Shown here: one piece after another, positions 50,957-60,566 of the stretch
Layout of the letters: each line of letters starts with the position of its first letter
Numbering within the stretch: position 1 is the stretch's first letter
Assembly: GCA_052168235.1 (NCBI GenBank)
Contig: JBQLZK010000005.1
Location: 1-64,000 of the forward strand
DNA from: Thainema sp.
Lineage (GTDB): Bacteria > Cyanobacteriota > Cyanobacteriia > Phormidesmidales > Phormidesmidaceae
Length of the DNA stretch: 64,000 nucleotides
Direction: 5' to 3'
Program-made: the position numbers and the translations under genes
Notes under the pieces: generated by a model
Database searches by the model: none
Told to the model about the DNA's origin: nothing
Seen by the model: the letters and a program-made list of their open reading frames with translations, nothing else

Positions 50957-53485
50957 ATGAAAAAACACCAATTATTTACGAAGCAGGTCAACCAGTGGCG
51001 GCAGCAAGCTAGCCATCAGTCTCCTCGATTCTTGGGTGCTGGCAAGCTGCGTGATTCATGGGAACGGCTCCAGCGACATGGGCGAACGCTGCTGCTGGAT
51101 TCGAACCAGTCTACAGCTCACTATCGGGGTAAACAGCCTCCCTCACCCAACCAAAATTTTCCTAAAAAATCGACACCCCACTCACGTCAATCATCCACAT
51201 CGACGTGGGCGATGGCGGCAGTAGCCGTGGTGGTTTTGACTGCGGCCATTGGCCAGCGCTTCTATAACGAACCGAAGCTGGCCATTGGCACAACTGCGCC
51301 TCAAACTTTTGTGGCTCCCAGTAGCGCCACCGTGACAGATGAAGCAGCCACCGCAGAAAAGCGTCGAGCTGCCGAAAATGGATCGCTCAAGATTCTAATG
51401 ATCGATCAAGCGACGAACCAAACCATTTTGGATCAGCTACAGCGATTGCTGAATGAAGGGACTCAGCTGCGTCAGGATGCTGGAACGCTACCTTTTATCT
51501 CGACCGCCATCCTTTCGACTGAAACGCAAGAGTATTTGCGCCAAATAGAAGAATGGGACTGGCGTCGGTTGCGGGCTGCGGCCTTGCGGCAGGCCAATAG
51601 AGAAGATCCTGCGGTGATTGATGACGGCAGCGGCAACATTGAATCTCCTTCGGCTTCAGCCGCATCGCAACAGGCGCTACGAGAACTCAGCAGCTACTAT
51701 CGCCGCTCGTCTGCAGCGGATATACAAGTTGTGGATGATGCCATTACGCAGGCTCGTCGCCAGTATGCTGAGGTGGTTGAGCGGCTGAAAAAACTTGATT
51801 CGGACGTTCCAACTTCCATCTACAGCTCAACGCTACTGAATCTATCGACTTCAGAGTGGCAGTTGGTTCGGACGGCTATTCGCGAAACCATGCAGCGAAT
51901 GCTGGCCCAAGGCATCGCCTATGGTACCCCAGACTCCATTTTGCAGAAGGCTGTTGCACTTCAGGTTGAAGCGACGATTCCTGAGAAAGCACAGTCCTTT
52001 GCGTCAGGGCTGATTTTGAGAACACTGAAGCCGAATTTAATTGAAGATTCAGAGCAGACGCGGATGGCGGCGCAACGGGCGGCGCAAGCGGTTGATCCGG
52101 TTCAGTACACAGTGCAGGAGGGGGGCACCATCGTGGCCGTGGGTGAGGAAATCACCCAGGAAACATTTGTTGTTTTGGACTACTTTGGCCTCAGTCGTCG
52201 GGGAGTAAACTGGATTGGCTTTGTTGGCTTTGGCATTGCGATCGCAGGTTCAGTAACGCTCTTTCTTTGGGTTGAGCAAGCATTTTATTCAGGCTTACGT
52301 CGCCGCGACCACATTCTGCTCTTTCTCTTAGCGCTCAGCACACCCGTTGTAGCAGTCGTCAATAGCTCAATTGTGACTTTACCCGCTGTGGGACTCCTAA
52401 CGGGTAGCTTCTATGGGTCAATCTTGAGCATTACTGTGGTTGGCCTGCTGGCGGTGCTGCTGCCGATTGGTCTCGAACTGAGCATGGTGCCCTTCATTGC
52501 AGCGGCAGCAGGTGGCATTGTGGGCGGCATCATGGCGGGGCGGTTGCGATCGCGAGAAGAACTGGCGCTGTTGGGTGGAGCCGTAGGCTTGACCCAAGCG
52601 GTTGTTTATCTGCTGCTGACGCTGATTTTCACCGGCGGTAGCAGTCCCATTTGGTATTTGCTGATTGCCAATTCCGCTTGGCATGGCTTCATTGGTCTGG
52701 CCTGGAGTGTCGTTGCCCTGGGCATTAGTCCATACCTGGAACATGTGTTTGACCTCGTCACCGCGATTCGTTTGGCTGAACTATCGAATCCCAATCGTCC
52801 CCTATTAAAGCGATTGGCCTCTGAGGCTCCGGGCACGTTTCAGCACACGATGTTTGTCGCCTCTTTAGCTGAAGCGGCAGCACGAGCGTTGAACTGCAAT
52901 GTGGAACTGGTGCGGGCGGGCACGCTCTACCACGACATCGGCAAAATGCACGATCCGCTGGGCTTTATTGAGAATCAAATGGGCGGCCCTAACAAGCACG
53001 ACGAAATTAATGACCCTTGGAAAAGCGCTGGCATTATCAAAAAACACGTCACCGAAGGCATCGTGATGGCAAAGAAATGCCGTCTGCCCAAAGCCGTACG
53101 CGCTTTTATTCCTGAGCATCAGGGCACAATGTTGATCACTTACTTTTATCACCACGCCCAACAGCAGGCTGAAGCTGATTCCACCATTATTGTGAATGAA
53201 CAGGTCTTCCGCTACGACGGGCCGATTCCTCAATCCCGCGAAACAGGCATCGTCATGCTGGCTGATTCTTGTGAGGCAGCATTGCGATCGCTAAAAGATG
53301 CCAGCCCTGAAGAAGCCTTGTCGATGGTCAATCGTATTCTACGTGCCCGCTGGAAAGATGATCAGCTTGTTGATTCCGGCCTGAGCCGTGATGACATGAC
53401 TACCATCGCTAGCATCTTTGTCAAAGTGTGGCAGCAGTACAATCACCAGCGGATTCCTTATCCCAAATCAGCTTTGAAGAGCTAA
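50957..53485 (+). CDS. 7TM-HD phosphohydrolase (PgpH-like, candidate c-di-AMP phosphodiesterase)
   Basis: Extracellular domain plus TMs; EAPGTFQHT, YHDIGK, EHQGT, VMLADS; start uncertain (50882 or 50957). Confidence 0.88.
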   Translation: MKKHQLFTKQVNQWRQQASHQSPRFLGAGKLRDSWERLQRHGRTLLLDSNQSTAHYRGKQPPSPNQNFPKKSTPHSRQSSTSTWAMAAVAVVVLTAAIGQRFYNEPKLAIGTTAPQTFVAPSSATVTDEAATAEKRRAAENGSLKILMIDQATNQTILDQLQRLLNEGTQLRQDAGTLPFISTAILSTETQEYLRQIEEWDWRRLRAAALRQANREDPAVIDDGSGNIESPSASAASQQALRELSSYYRRSSAADIQVVDDAITQARRQYAEVVERLKKLDSDVPTSIYSSTLLNLSTSEWQLVRTAIRETMQRMLAQGIAYGTPDSILQKAVALQVEATIPEKAQSFASGLILRTLKPNLIEDSEQTRMAAQRAAQAVDPVQYTVQEGGTIVAVGEEITQETFVVLDYFGLSRRGVNWIGFVGFGIAIAGSVTLFLWVEQAFYSGLRRRDHILLFLLALSTPVVAVVNSSIVTLPAVGLLTGSFYGSILSITVVGLLAVLLPIGLELSMVPFIAAAAGGIVGGIMAGRLRSREELALLGGAVGLTQAVVYLLLTLIFTGGSSPIWYLLIANSAWHGFIGLAWSVVALGISPYLEHVFDLVTAIRLAELSNPNRPLLKRLASEAPGTFQHTMFVASLAEAAARALNCNVELVRAGTLYHDIGKMHDPLGFIENQMGGPNKHDEINDPWKSAGIIKKHVTEGIVMAKKCRLPKAVRAFIPEHQGTMLITYFYHHAQQQAEADSTIIVNEQVFRYDGPIPQSRETGIVMLADSCEAALRSLKDASPEEALSMVNRILRARWKDDQLVDSGLSRDDMTTIASIFVKVWQQYNHQRIPYPKSALKS

Positions 53486-53639
53486 GTCAATTACTTTTCC
53501 ACATTCAGATTTATGCAACAAAGCCAGCCTAAAGTGCAAGAATTATAAAGAGTTGAGTGAGATGCTGATAACCTGCTATCAGTTCTTGATGAGATTAGAG
53601 AAAAAGCTAGGATGAAGGTTGTATCTGGAGGGAAAAACG

Positions 53640-53891
53640 ATGGTTAGTCCAGCGCAGGTCGAATCGATGATCAAGGCCGGTTTACCCGATGCCGAAATTC
53701 AAGTCATGGATCTTACAGGTGGCGGCGATCACTATCAAGTCACCGTCGTTTCATCGGCATTTGAGGGCAAAAGTCTGATCCAGCAGCATCAAATGGTGTA
53801 TCGGGCGGTGCAGCAAGCAATGTCTTCAGAAGCGATTCATGCCCTATCACTGAAAACCTATACTCCAGAAACTTGGGCGAGCGCTAGCTAA
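53640..53891 (+). CDS. bolA: BolA family protein
   Basis: [30 protein letters not shown]. Confidence 0.93.
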   Translation: MVSPAQVESMIKAGLPDAEIQVMDLTGGGDHYQVTVVSSAFEGKSLIQQHQMVYRAVQQAMSSEAIHALSLKTYTPETWASAS

Positions 53892-54014
53892 ATACTACGG
53901 CAGGCTTCGTCTGTCATCGTGTTTTTCATTTGCCCGTAATTTAGTAGATGCCATTGGCGATTCGCTAAGATTGACGTATCGTACTCAATACATTCAGAGC
54001 ACCGCGAAATAACT

Positions 54015-54338
54015 ATGACTCCAGAACTCAAAGCACGTATCGATCAGCTGGTTCAAGATAATAAGATTTTGGTGTTCATGAAAGGCACCAAGCTGATGCC
54101 TCAGTGTGGATTCTCCAATAATGTTGTTCAAATACTGAACATGATGGGTGTCCCTTATGAAACAATTGACGTATTAGAAGATTACGAAATTCGCCAGGGT
54201 ATTAAAGAATATTCTGCTTGGCCCACCATTCCTCAAGTTTATATTAATGGGGAATTTATTGGTGGTTCCGATATCTTGATTGAGCTCTATCAGAAGGGTG
54301 AGTTACAGCAAGTGCTAGAAATTGCGTTAGCGTCTTAG
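54015..54338 (+). CDS. grxD: Monothiol glutaredoxin
   Basis: [18 protein letters not shown]. Confidence 0.95.
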   Translation: MTPELKARIDQLVQDNKILVFMKGTKLMPQCGFSNNVVQILNMMGVPYETIDVLEDYEIRQGIKEYSAWPTIPQVYINGEFIGGSDILIELYQKGELQQVLEIALAS

Positions 54339-54398
54339 TACAAGCTCAATTCAAAGCAAAGTGTTTGTATCTCAGCTATATCAATAAAGCAAAATTAG

Positions 54399-54430
54399 CC
54401 GCATCTCAATAGAATCGGGATGCGGTTTTT
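54399..54430 (+). terminator. Probable intrinsic terminator after grxD
   Basis: CCGCATC..GATGCGG stem followed by TTTTT. Confidence 0.6.
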
Positions 54431-54591
54431 GATTGAATTAAAACTGTTTATCGATGCATTTTTCTCGAAAAAATAGTGCGTTTTATCTCTTGATGTGCAA
54501 CGAAATCCTGTGTCATTGTTAGCTATAAACTGCTATATAAGTAGGTTGGCATAGATAAACGCATTTAACGGGGGGGAGCGCCCCCGGCTTT

Positions 54592-54685
54592 TAGAGCGGT
54601 AGCCAGCTAAATTAGGACACGGAATTGTTGTGGCACGGTATCGCCACGTCACAACAATGTCCTAACCAATATGGCTACCGCTATA
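54592..54685. mobile_element. MITE-like element with central degenerate hairpin
   Basis: Imperfect 28-nt TIRs TAGAGCGGTAGCCAgctaaaTTAGGACA / TGTCCTAAccaataTGGCTACCGCTATA around TTGTTGTGGCACGGT-atc-GCCACGTCACAACAA. Confidence 0.7.
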
Positions 54686-54759
54686 GATTAAGCATTTATT
54701 TATATGCAGCCACTTATTATTTAGTTTTATCTATTCAATTCCGGTTGCAATGTATAGTC

Positions 54760-56523
54760 ATGCTGAAAATTCGCCAGCGACGTCGTCAACTCTGGCAGCT
54801 TTATCAGTCGCAAGGTCTCTGGGGAAGCACGATTTTTCTCCTTCAATACTTCAAGCGACATCTAATTCGCAGGGCAAATTATCAAGTTTGGATTCAGTGG
54901 AAGAATCTGGTTGACTGGCGACGGTATCGGCAGGCTGGGCAAACAATACAGCAGTTCCAGTATCGTCCTCGATTTCTAATCTTGGTGCATCCGGCATACT
55001 CAACCGACGAGCCCTTGCAGCAAACAATTGAATCGGTGAGATCGCAACTGTATCCAGACTGGTCACTTCATATGATCCAGTCCTCAGATTCGTCAGATCC
55101 CCTAACGCTGGAGCACATCCTCACCCAGGCAGACAAAGCGCAGTGTGAATATGTGCTGATGATCTCGGCTGGCGATCGGCTAGCAGCACCTGCTTTGTTT
55201 GAAGTTCTAGCGCTGATTAACCAGCAGCCTGAAGCCGACTGGATTTATAGTGATGAAGATGTTTTAACTCAAACTGGGAAACGCTCTGCTCCGTTCTTCA
55301 AACCGGACTGGTCACCAGACTATTTTCACGAGTTTCCCTATGTCGGTAATCTCAGCGTGTATCGCGTCAGCTGCTTGCGTGAGATTGCCGATTGGCAGTT
55401 AGAAGCGAAGAACTGCGATCGCACCTCCGCACTTTCTCTCACCACACCTCTCAACCCTTATCAACTCATGCTGAGCGTCGTGGAGCATACTCAGCAGATT
55501 TATCATGTGCCGAAAGTGCTTTATCATCGCTGGCAACAGTCAGACTCCTGGCATCCAGCCACATGGGTTCAGTCCCATCCCACCGAGGCTCAAGCTGCGT
55601 TAACTGCCTACTTGCAACGAAGCGCTTCCCCTGGCTGGGCCGAGCCAATGGCTACTCCCGGCCTTTTTCAGGTGCGGCGACAGTTGACCGAACAGCCGCT
55701 GATTAGCCTGATCATTCCGAGCGCAGCTAAAACTCTAAAAACACCCACTGGCCCAATCTGCCTAGTCGAGCAGTGCATTCGCAGCGTGCAAGAGCGTAGC
55801 ACCTACCGCAACTTTGAGATTGTGCTGGTAGATGGGCATGATGTGGCGGATGAGATATTGGAGAAGTTAGGTGCGATCGCAGCCAATAACCTCAAACTAG
55901 TTCGCTGTCGTGAACCGTTCAATTTTTCGCAGCGGATGAATCAAGGCATTGCCGCAGCAGCGGGTGATGTCTTGCTGATGCTCAACGACGATGTCGAAGT
56001 TTTGACCCCTAACTGGCTGGAGCTCATGCTCGAACTTGCTCAACAGCCGGAAATTGCTGCCGTCGGTGCTAAGTTATTTTATCCCAATCAAACCATTCAG
56101 CACGCAGGTGTAATTATTCCTGCGGGTAATCCGAGCCACGCTTTTGCCGGAGTTCCCGCCGCAGATCCAGGCTACTTTTATTCCAATTGGGTGACCCGAA
56201 ACTACATCGCTGTTACTGCTGCCTGTCTCATGGTTCGTCGGAATGTTTTTGAGGCTGTTGGTGGATTTGATGAGTCATTTCCACTCAACTACAACGATGT
56301 AGACCTTTGCCTCAAATTTCATCAAGCAGGATATCGCAACACATTGACTCCCCATGCGCAGCTGTTCCACTACGAATCCGCCACTCGTGATAAAGGTTTA
56401 AATCCTGGCGAACTAGAGCACTTTAATCAGCGTTGGAGCCAGTATTTTGCCCAATTTGGTACTGATCCTTATTACAATACAAACCTATATGCCTACACTC
56501 AGCATTTTGATGCCTTTCAATAA
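54760..56523 (+). CDS. Glycosyltransferase family 2 (tandem domains)
   Basis: IYSDED..FKPDWSP, LISLIIP, FNFSQRMN, LNDD, VTAACL, YNDVDLCL; ATG 54760. Confidence 0.9.
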   Translation: MLKIRQRRRQLWQLYQSQGLWGSTIFLLQYFKRHLIRRANYQVWIQWKNLVDWRRYRQAGQTIQQFQYRPRFLILVHPAYSTDEPLQQTIESVRSQLYPDWSLHMIQSSDSSDPLTLEHILTQADKAQCEYVLMISAGDRLAAPALFEVLALINQQPEADWIYSDEDVLTQTGKRSAPFFKPDWSPDYFHEFPYVGNLSVYRVSCLREIADWQLEAKNCDRTSALSLTTPLNPYQLMLSVVEHTQQIYHVPKVLYHRWQQSDSWHPATWVQSHPTEAQAALTAYLQRSASPGWAEPMATPGLFQVRRQLTEQPLISLIIPSAAKTLKTPTGPICLVEQCIRSVQERSTYRNFEIVLVDGHDVADEILEKLGAIAANNLKLVRCREPFNFSQRMNQGIAAAAGDVLLMLNDDVEVLTPNWLELMLELAQQPEIAAVGAKLFYPNQTIQHAGVIIPAGNPSHAFAGVPAADPGYFYSNWVTRNYIAVTAACLMVRRNVFEAVGGFDESFPLNYNDVDLCLKFHQAGYRNTLTPHAQLFHYESATRDKGLNPGELEHFNQRWSQYFAQFGTDPYYNTNLYAYTQHFDAFQ

Positions 56524-56537
56524 GCACGGAGATCAGT

Positions 56538-57371
56538 TTGGTTGACCTTATTTCAATTCACACACCCAAAACAGCTGGAACCTTGTTTTTTGAAGTCTTA
56601 AAGAGCGTTTATGGCGAAGAAAAAATATTTCGAGACTATTCAGGCCAGGCTCCACAGACGCATCCAAGAATCGATGCAATGACCGACGATATTCAGGTAA
56701 TTCACGGCCATTTTTGTGCCCAATGGTATGACGATTATTTCCCATCAGCAAAGCGAATCACCTGGTTGAGGCATCCAATATTTCGATTTATTTCCTTCTA
56801 CTATTTTTGGATGAGCTTGCCCTACGACGAGGATGCGGCACCATTACGAAAATATGCCCAAAATAACAATCTCAGCTTGTTAGAATTAGCAGAACATCCG
56901 AAGATGAAGAACCAAATGATGTTCAACTTTATAGGAGAATCATCACTAAAATCCTATTACTTTGTTGGCATACAAGAATTTTTCGAGGGGGATCTGCTGG
57001 AGTTGGGCAAAGCTCTGAGTTGGCCTCAGAAAGTAGTACAACATTTTAGTCAGCTAACGCCCAATAAAAATCCAAACTCTCGCTATCTGCAGTACGTCAA
57101 TGAAATACTGTCCGATCATTGTTTGGTATCTCGGCTAGTCAAAGCGTTAGAACCAGATTGTGAACTCTATCAATCAGCTTTAGAAATTCGTGCTAATCGC
57201 CGGAACGAATCGAAATTCATGCAGCAAACCTTAGCTGATTGGGAACGCTCAAGGTTCTATCTCAGTCAATATCAAAAATCCACCTCTGCCGCTCTAACCT
57301 TTAGAGCAACAGCCGAAAAAATTCGACAAACGTATTTCCGGTATAGGAATGTGAACAGGCGAAATTCATGA
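56538..57371 (+). CDS. Sulfotransferase family 2 protein
   Basis: HTPKTAGT, IHGHF, LRHPIFRFISFY. Confidence 0.85.
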   Translation: MVDLISIHTPKTAGTLFFEVLKSVYGEEKIFRDYSGQAPQTHPRIDAMTDDIQVIHGHFCAQWYDDYFPSAKRITWLRHPIFRFISFYYFWMSLPYDEDAAPLRKYAQNNNLSLLELAEHPKMKNQMMFNFIGESSLKSYYFVGIQEFFEGDLLELGKALSWPQKVVQHFSQLTPNKNPNSRYLQYVNEILSDHCLVSRLVKALEPDCELYQSALEIRANRRNESKFMQQTLADWERSRFYLSQYQKSTSAALTFRATAEKIRQTYFRYRNVNRRNS

Positions 57372-57570
57372 TACAGGTCATTTGCAACATTGACCGTTGA
57401 TAGGGCCTCGCATTATGCTATCTTCTCAAAGACACTCAACTGCCTACATTTCTCTCGAAGGATTCACAATTTATTTACGATCCTTTAGTAAATAGCCGGA
57501 TATTCGTCTTGAACTGCTGGAGATGGTGGTGCAGTAGCCTTTTGTAATTGGTGTGGAGTAGCTCATTCTT

Positions 57571-58746
57571 ATGTTGGCAAATCAAACAGAACAGGTTAAT
57601 ACCGATACATCTGAACCGCTTGTGTCGGTTGTTATGCCATGCCTAAACGAAGAGCAAGCCATTGGCATCTGTATCCAGAAAATCCAAACCACACTGGCAC
57701 AGGCTAATATTCCCGGTGAGATTGTTGTTTGTGACAACGGCTCAATCGATCGCTCTGTTGAAATCGCAAAGAGCATGGGCGTTCGAGTGGTGCACCAGCC
57801 GCTCCGTGGATACGGTAACGCCTACATTAAAGGTCTAAGCAGCGCCAAAGGTCGATACATCATCATGGGAGATGCAGACGATACTTACGACTTTACGCTC
57901 ATCCCCAAATTCCTAGATTTACTAATGTACAAAGGCTACGACTTCGTTACGGGTAGCCGCTACTTAACCGCAGGTGGAAAAAACATTACGCTGCTGCACC
58001 GATTCCTAGGCAATCCAGCGATCACCGGAATGCTCAACTTCCTATTCGGGACAAAGTACACCGATGTCTACTGCGGCTTCCGTGGGTTTAGCAACGAAGC
58101 ATACCAACGGATCGCGCCCGTTAGCCCCGGTATGGAGTTCAACTTGGAACTAGCTATCAATGCGGGTTTAGCCAATCTCAAGATCACCGAAATTCCCATC
58201 CATCTTGCGCCTCGAATTGGCGAGTCGAAATTGAGAACGTTCCGGGATGGTTGGCGCAGCTTGCGGATGATGCTGCTGTACTGCCCCAACAAGGTATTTC
58301 TGTGGCCAGGAACGCTATTCTTTCTGATTGGGTTAATCCTGCACTTCATTACCCTGACAGGCGCTGTGCAGTACGACGGTCGTCCATTGGGCGTGGTAAC
58401 GGGCATCTTCGCGACGATTTTCAGCGTTGTAGGTTTTGAAGTTTTCAGCTTGGGCTTACATGCCAAGACCTATTCGTGGAGCCGTCGATTCGAAAAGAGA
58501 AATTCTGCACTGCAAAAGTTCTATCGAATTTTCAACCTAGAAACAGGCTTGCTAGCTGGAGGGGGCACGGTATTAGCTGGTAGCGCCATCTTGGTTTGGC
58601 TGGTTGTAGGTTGGTTAAATTCGAACTTGACGCCGCTTGCTCATCCAGAATGGGCTTCGTTTGCGGCAACGTTGATCATTATTGGACTCGGCACTGTTTT
58701 CTCGTCGATCTTTATTTCGGCGATGTCTATCGATTCTCAAAACTAA
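57571..58746 (+). CDS. DPM1/GtrB-like GT2 with C-terminal TMs
   Basis: VVMPCLNEE, CDNGSID, GYGNA, MGDAD, GSR, GESKL..DGWR. Confidence 0.9.
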   Translation: MLANQTEQVNTDTSEPLVSVVMPCLNEEQAIGICIQKIQTTLAQANIPGEIVVCDNGSIDRSVEIAKSMGVRVVHQPLRGYGNAYIKGLSSAKGRYIIMGDADDTYDFTLIPKFLDLLMYKGYDFVTGSRYLTAGGKNITLLHRFLGNPAITGMLNFLFGTKYTDVYCGFRGFSNEAYQRIAPVSPGMEFNLELAINAGLANLKITEIPIHLAPRIGESKLRTFRDGWRSLRMMLLYCPNKVFLWPGTLFFLIGLILHFITLTGAVQYDGRPLGVVTGIFATIFSVVGFEVFSLGLHAKTYSWSRRFEKRNSALQKFYRIFNLETGLLAGGGTVLAGSAILVWLVVGWLNSNLTPLAHPEWASFAATLIIIGLGTVFSSIFISAMSIDSQN

Positions 58747-58828
58747 TGTTCAGAATTCAAAAACTGTGAACATTAGCCGTTAACAATGAGTGCTTAGTGA
58801 TGTTTTTGAACGGGAGGAGGATGAGAAC

Positions 58829-59539
58829 GTGTCTGGTCTAAAAAATGTGAAAAAGTCTCCAAGTGAGTTTTACCAAAACCAGCCTGATCCGGTCAATCTC
58901 GTGAGCCGTTTGGTTTGGTACGCACGCAAGCGCATGTATCGGACTCTCATGAGGTTTGCCAAGCTGACAGCTGAGTCTACTGTTGTCGATGTTGGTGTGA
59001 CTTCAGATCGGCGTAAGGACTCCAATTTCTTCGAGCAACTTTATCCTTACTCGGATCGGGTGACAGCTGTTGGCCTAGAGGATGCCTATTTTTTAGAGCA
59101 AGAATACCCTGGGCTTAAGTATGTACAAGCTAATGGTCTTGAACTGCCCTTTGCAGACAAAACATTTGATTTAGCGACCAGTTTCGCAGTGATTGAGCAT
59201 GTCGGTAGCCGTGCCAATCAAGCCAAATTTGTGCAGGAGCTATGTCGAGTTAGCCGTGCCTGCTTTATCACCACGCCGAATCGCTGGTATCCTGTTGAAG
59301 TACATACGGTACTGCCGTTAGTTCACTGGTTACCTCCAACTTGGTTTCGCCGCATCTTAAGATGGTTGGGGCGCGATTTCTATGCTCAAGAAAAGAATTT
59401 GAATCTACTGACGGAGAAGGAGCTGCTTGCTTGCTTCCCGCCAAACTTCAAGATCTACACAGGCCACTTTCGCCTGCTGGGCTTGGTTTCAAACCTAGTG
59501 TTTTACGCGGTTGATATAGATCACGTGGCTGCTGAGTAG
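58829..59539 (+). CDS. SAM-dependent methyltransferase
   Basis: VVDVG, LPFADKTFD..VIEHVG, TTPNRWYPVEVH; GGAGGAGG RBS before GTG 58829. Confidence 0.88.
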   Translation: MSGLKNVKKSPSEFYQNQPDPVNLVSRLVWYARKRMYRTLMRFAKLTAESTVVDVGVTSDRRKDSNFFEQLYPYSDRVTAVGLEDAYFLEQEYPGLKYVQANGLELPFADKTFDLATSFAVIEHVGSRANQAKFVQELCRVSRACFITTPNRWYPVEVHTVLPLVHWLPPTWFRRILRWLGRDFYAQEKNLNLLTEKELLACFPPNFKIYTGHFRLLGLVSNLVFYAVDIDHVAAE

Positions 59540-59605
59540 TTGTCGATATTACTGAATTGAGATGACGGACTTGTTGAACCAGCACTCTATGATTTTGAGC
59601 TTTTT

Positions 59606-60556
59606 ATGAAATCAAACCGTTGGCGTGCTGCTGTTCGTGGGCTAATAGGCTTAGCGATTGGAGCCGTTTTTCTGTGGCTTTCACTGCGGCAAACGAGTCT
59701 AGATCAGGTACAAACGATTTTGATAGAAGCTAATCCTGGTCATCTCGGGTTGGCTTTATTGGCCTATTGGATTGATTTAGGTTTCAGAGTGGCGCGGTGG
59801 CGAATTTTGTTGTGGGAGATAAAACCGCTTTCCTTTCGTTCCGTCAGTCTGGGTTTAATTGTTGGTTATGCCGCCAATAATCTGCTGCCCGCTCGGTTAG
59901 GGGAGCTATTTCGGGCTGATTTTGCCGGGCGGCGATATCGTTTGTCTCGCTCAGCGGTGATTGCATCTATTTTTGTGGAACGTGTACTAGATGGTTTGGT
60001 ACTGGTTTTGTGCCTCGTCCTAGGCAGCTTATTTATTCCTGGACATCCTATATTAGAGCGCTTAACTATTCTGAGTGCTTTGATGTTTCTCGGAATTTTT
60101 GGATTGTTGTGGCTCATTAATCGCGGTTTTTTGGCGGCGCAAATTCAGGCTGTACCTGCGATCGCAAATCGTTGGCAGAGCTTTCGGGCTGGCCTGGGAA
60201 TTATGCGTGGACAGGGGGCACTGAAGGTTATTGGACTCTCTCTCATCATCTGGTTACTAGAAGGAACGGCAATCTGGCTGGTTTTACAAGCTGTGGGCGT
60301 ATCGCTGAACGGACTACAAATGTTGCCCATTGTCGGGATTACTAGCTTGAGTACGCTGATTCCGTCTGCGCCCGGATTCGTTGGCACGTACCAATACGCG
60401 TATGCTGTAGGATTACAGTTGTTTAGTTACGGTTCAGCCTTGGGAATTGCCGCAGCAACTGCGGTTCAACTTTTTCTGCTAGGCAGCGTTACAATTACCG
60501 GATTAATTCTGTATACGAGTTTGAGCATTCTGGACACCCAACGTTTTAAAAGCTGA
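59606..60556 (+). CDS. LPG-synthase TM / flippase-like protein (YbhN family)
   Basis: RVARW, NNLLPARLGELFR, VERVLD, PSAPGFVG. Confidence 0.88.
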   Translation: MKSNRWRAAVRGLIGLAIGAVFLWLSLRQTSLDQVQTILIEANPGHLGLALLAYWIDLGFRVARWRILLWEIKPLSFRSVSLGLIVGYAANNLLPARLGELFRADFAGRRYRLSRSAVIASIFVERVLDGLVLVLCLVLGSLFIPGHPILERLTILSALMFLGIFGLLWLINRGFLAAQIQAVPAIANRWQSFRAGLGIMRGQGALKVIGLSLIIWLLEGTAIWLVLQAVGVSLNGLQMLPIVGITSLSTLIPSAPGFVGTYQYAYAVGLQLFSYGSALGIAAATAVQLFLLGSVTITGLILYTSLSILDTQRFKS

Positions 60557-60566
60557 AGTCAGACGT

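Noticed and set aside
53640..54338. bolA-grxD pair as a novel system
   Set aside because: Well-known conserved Fe-S-related pairing
54625..54759. N-terminal extension of the GT2 ORF
   Set aside because: Reads through a MITE-like element; ATG 54760 is more plausible
55880..60150. HIP1-free stretch as evidence of horizontal transfer
   Set aside because: Multi-kb HIP1 gaps also occur over core genes such as murA, so it is not diagnostic
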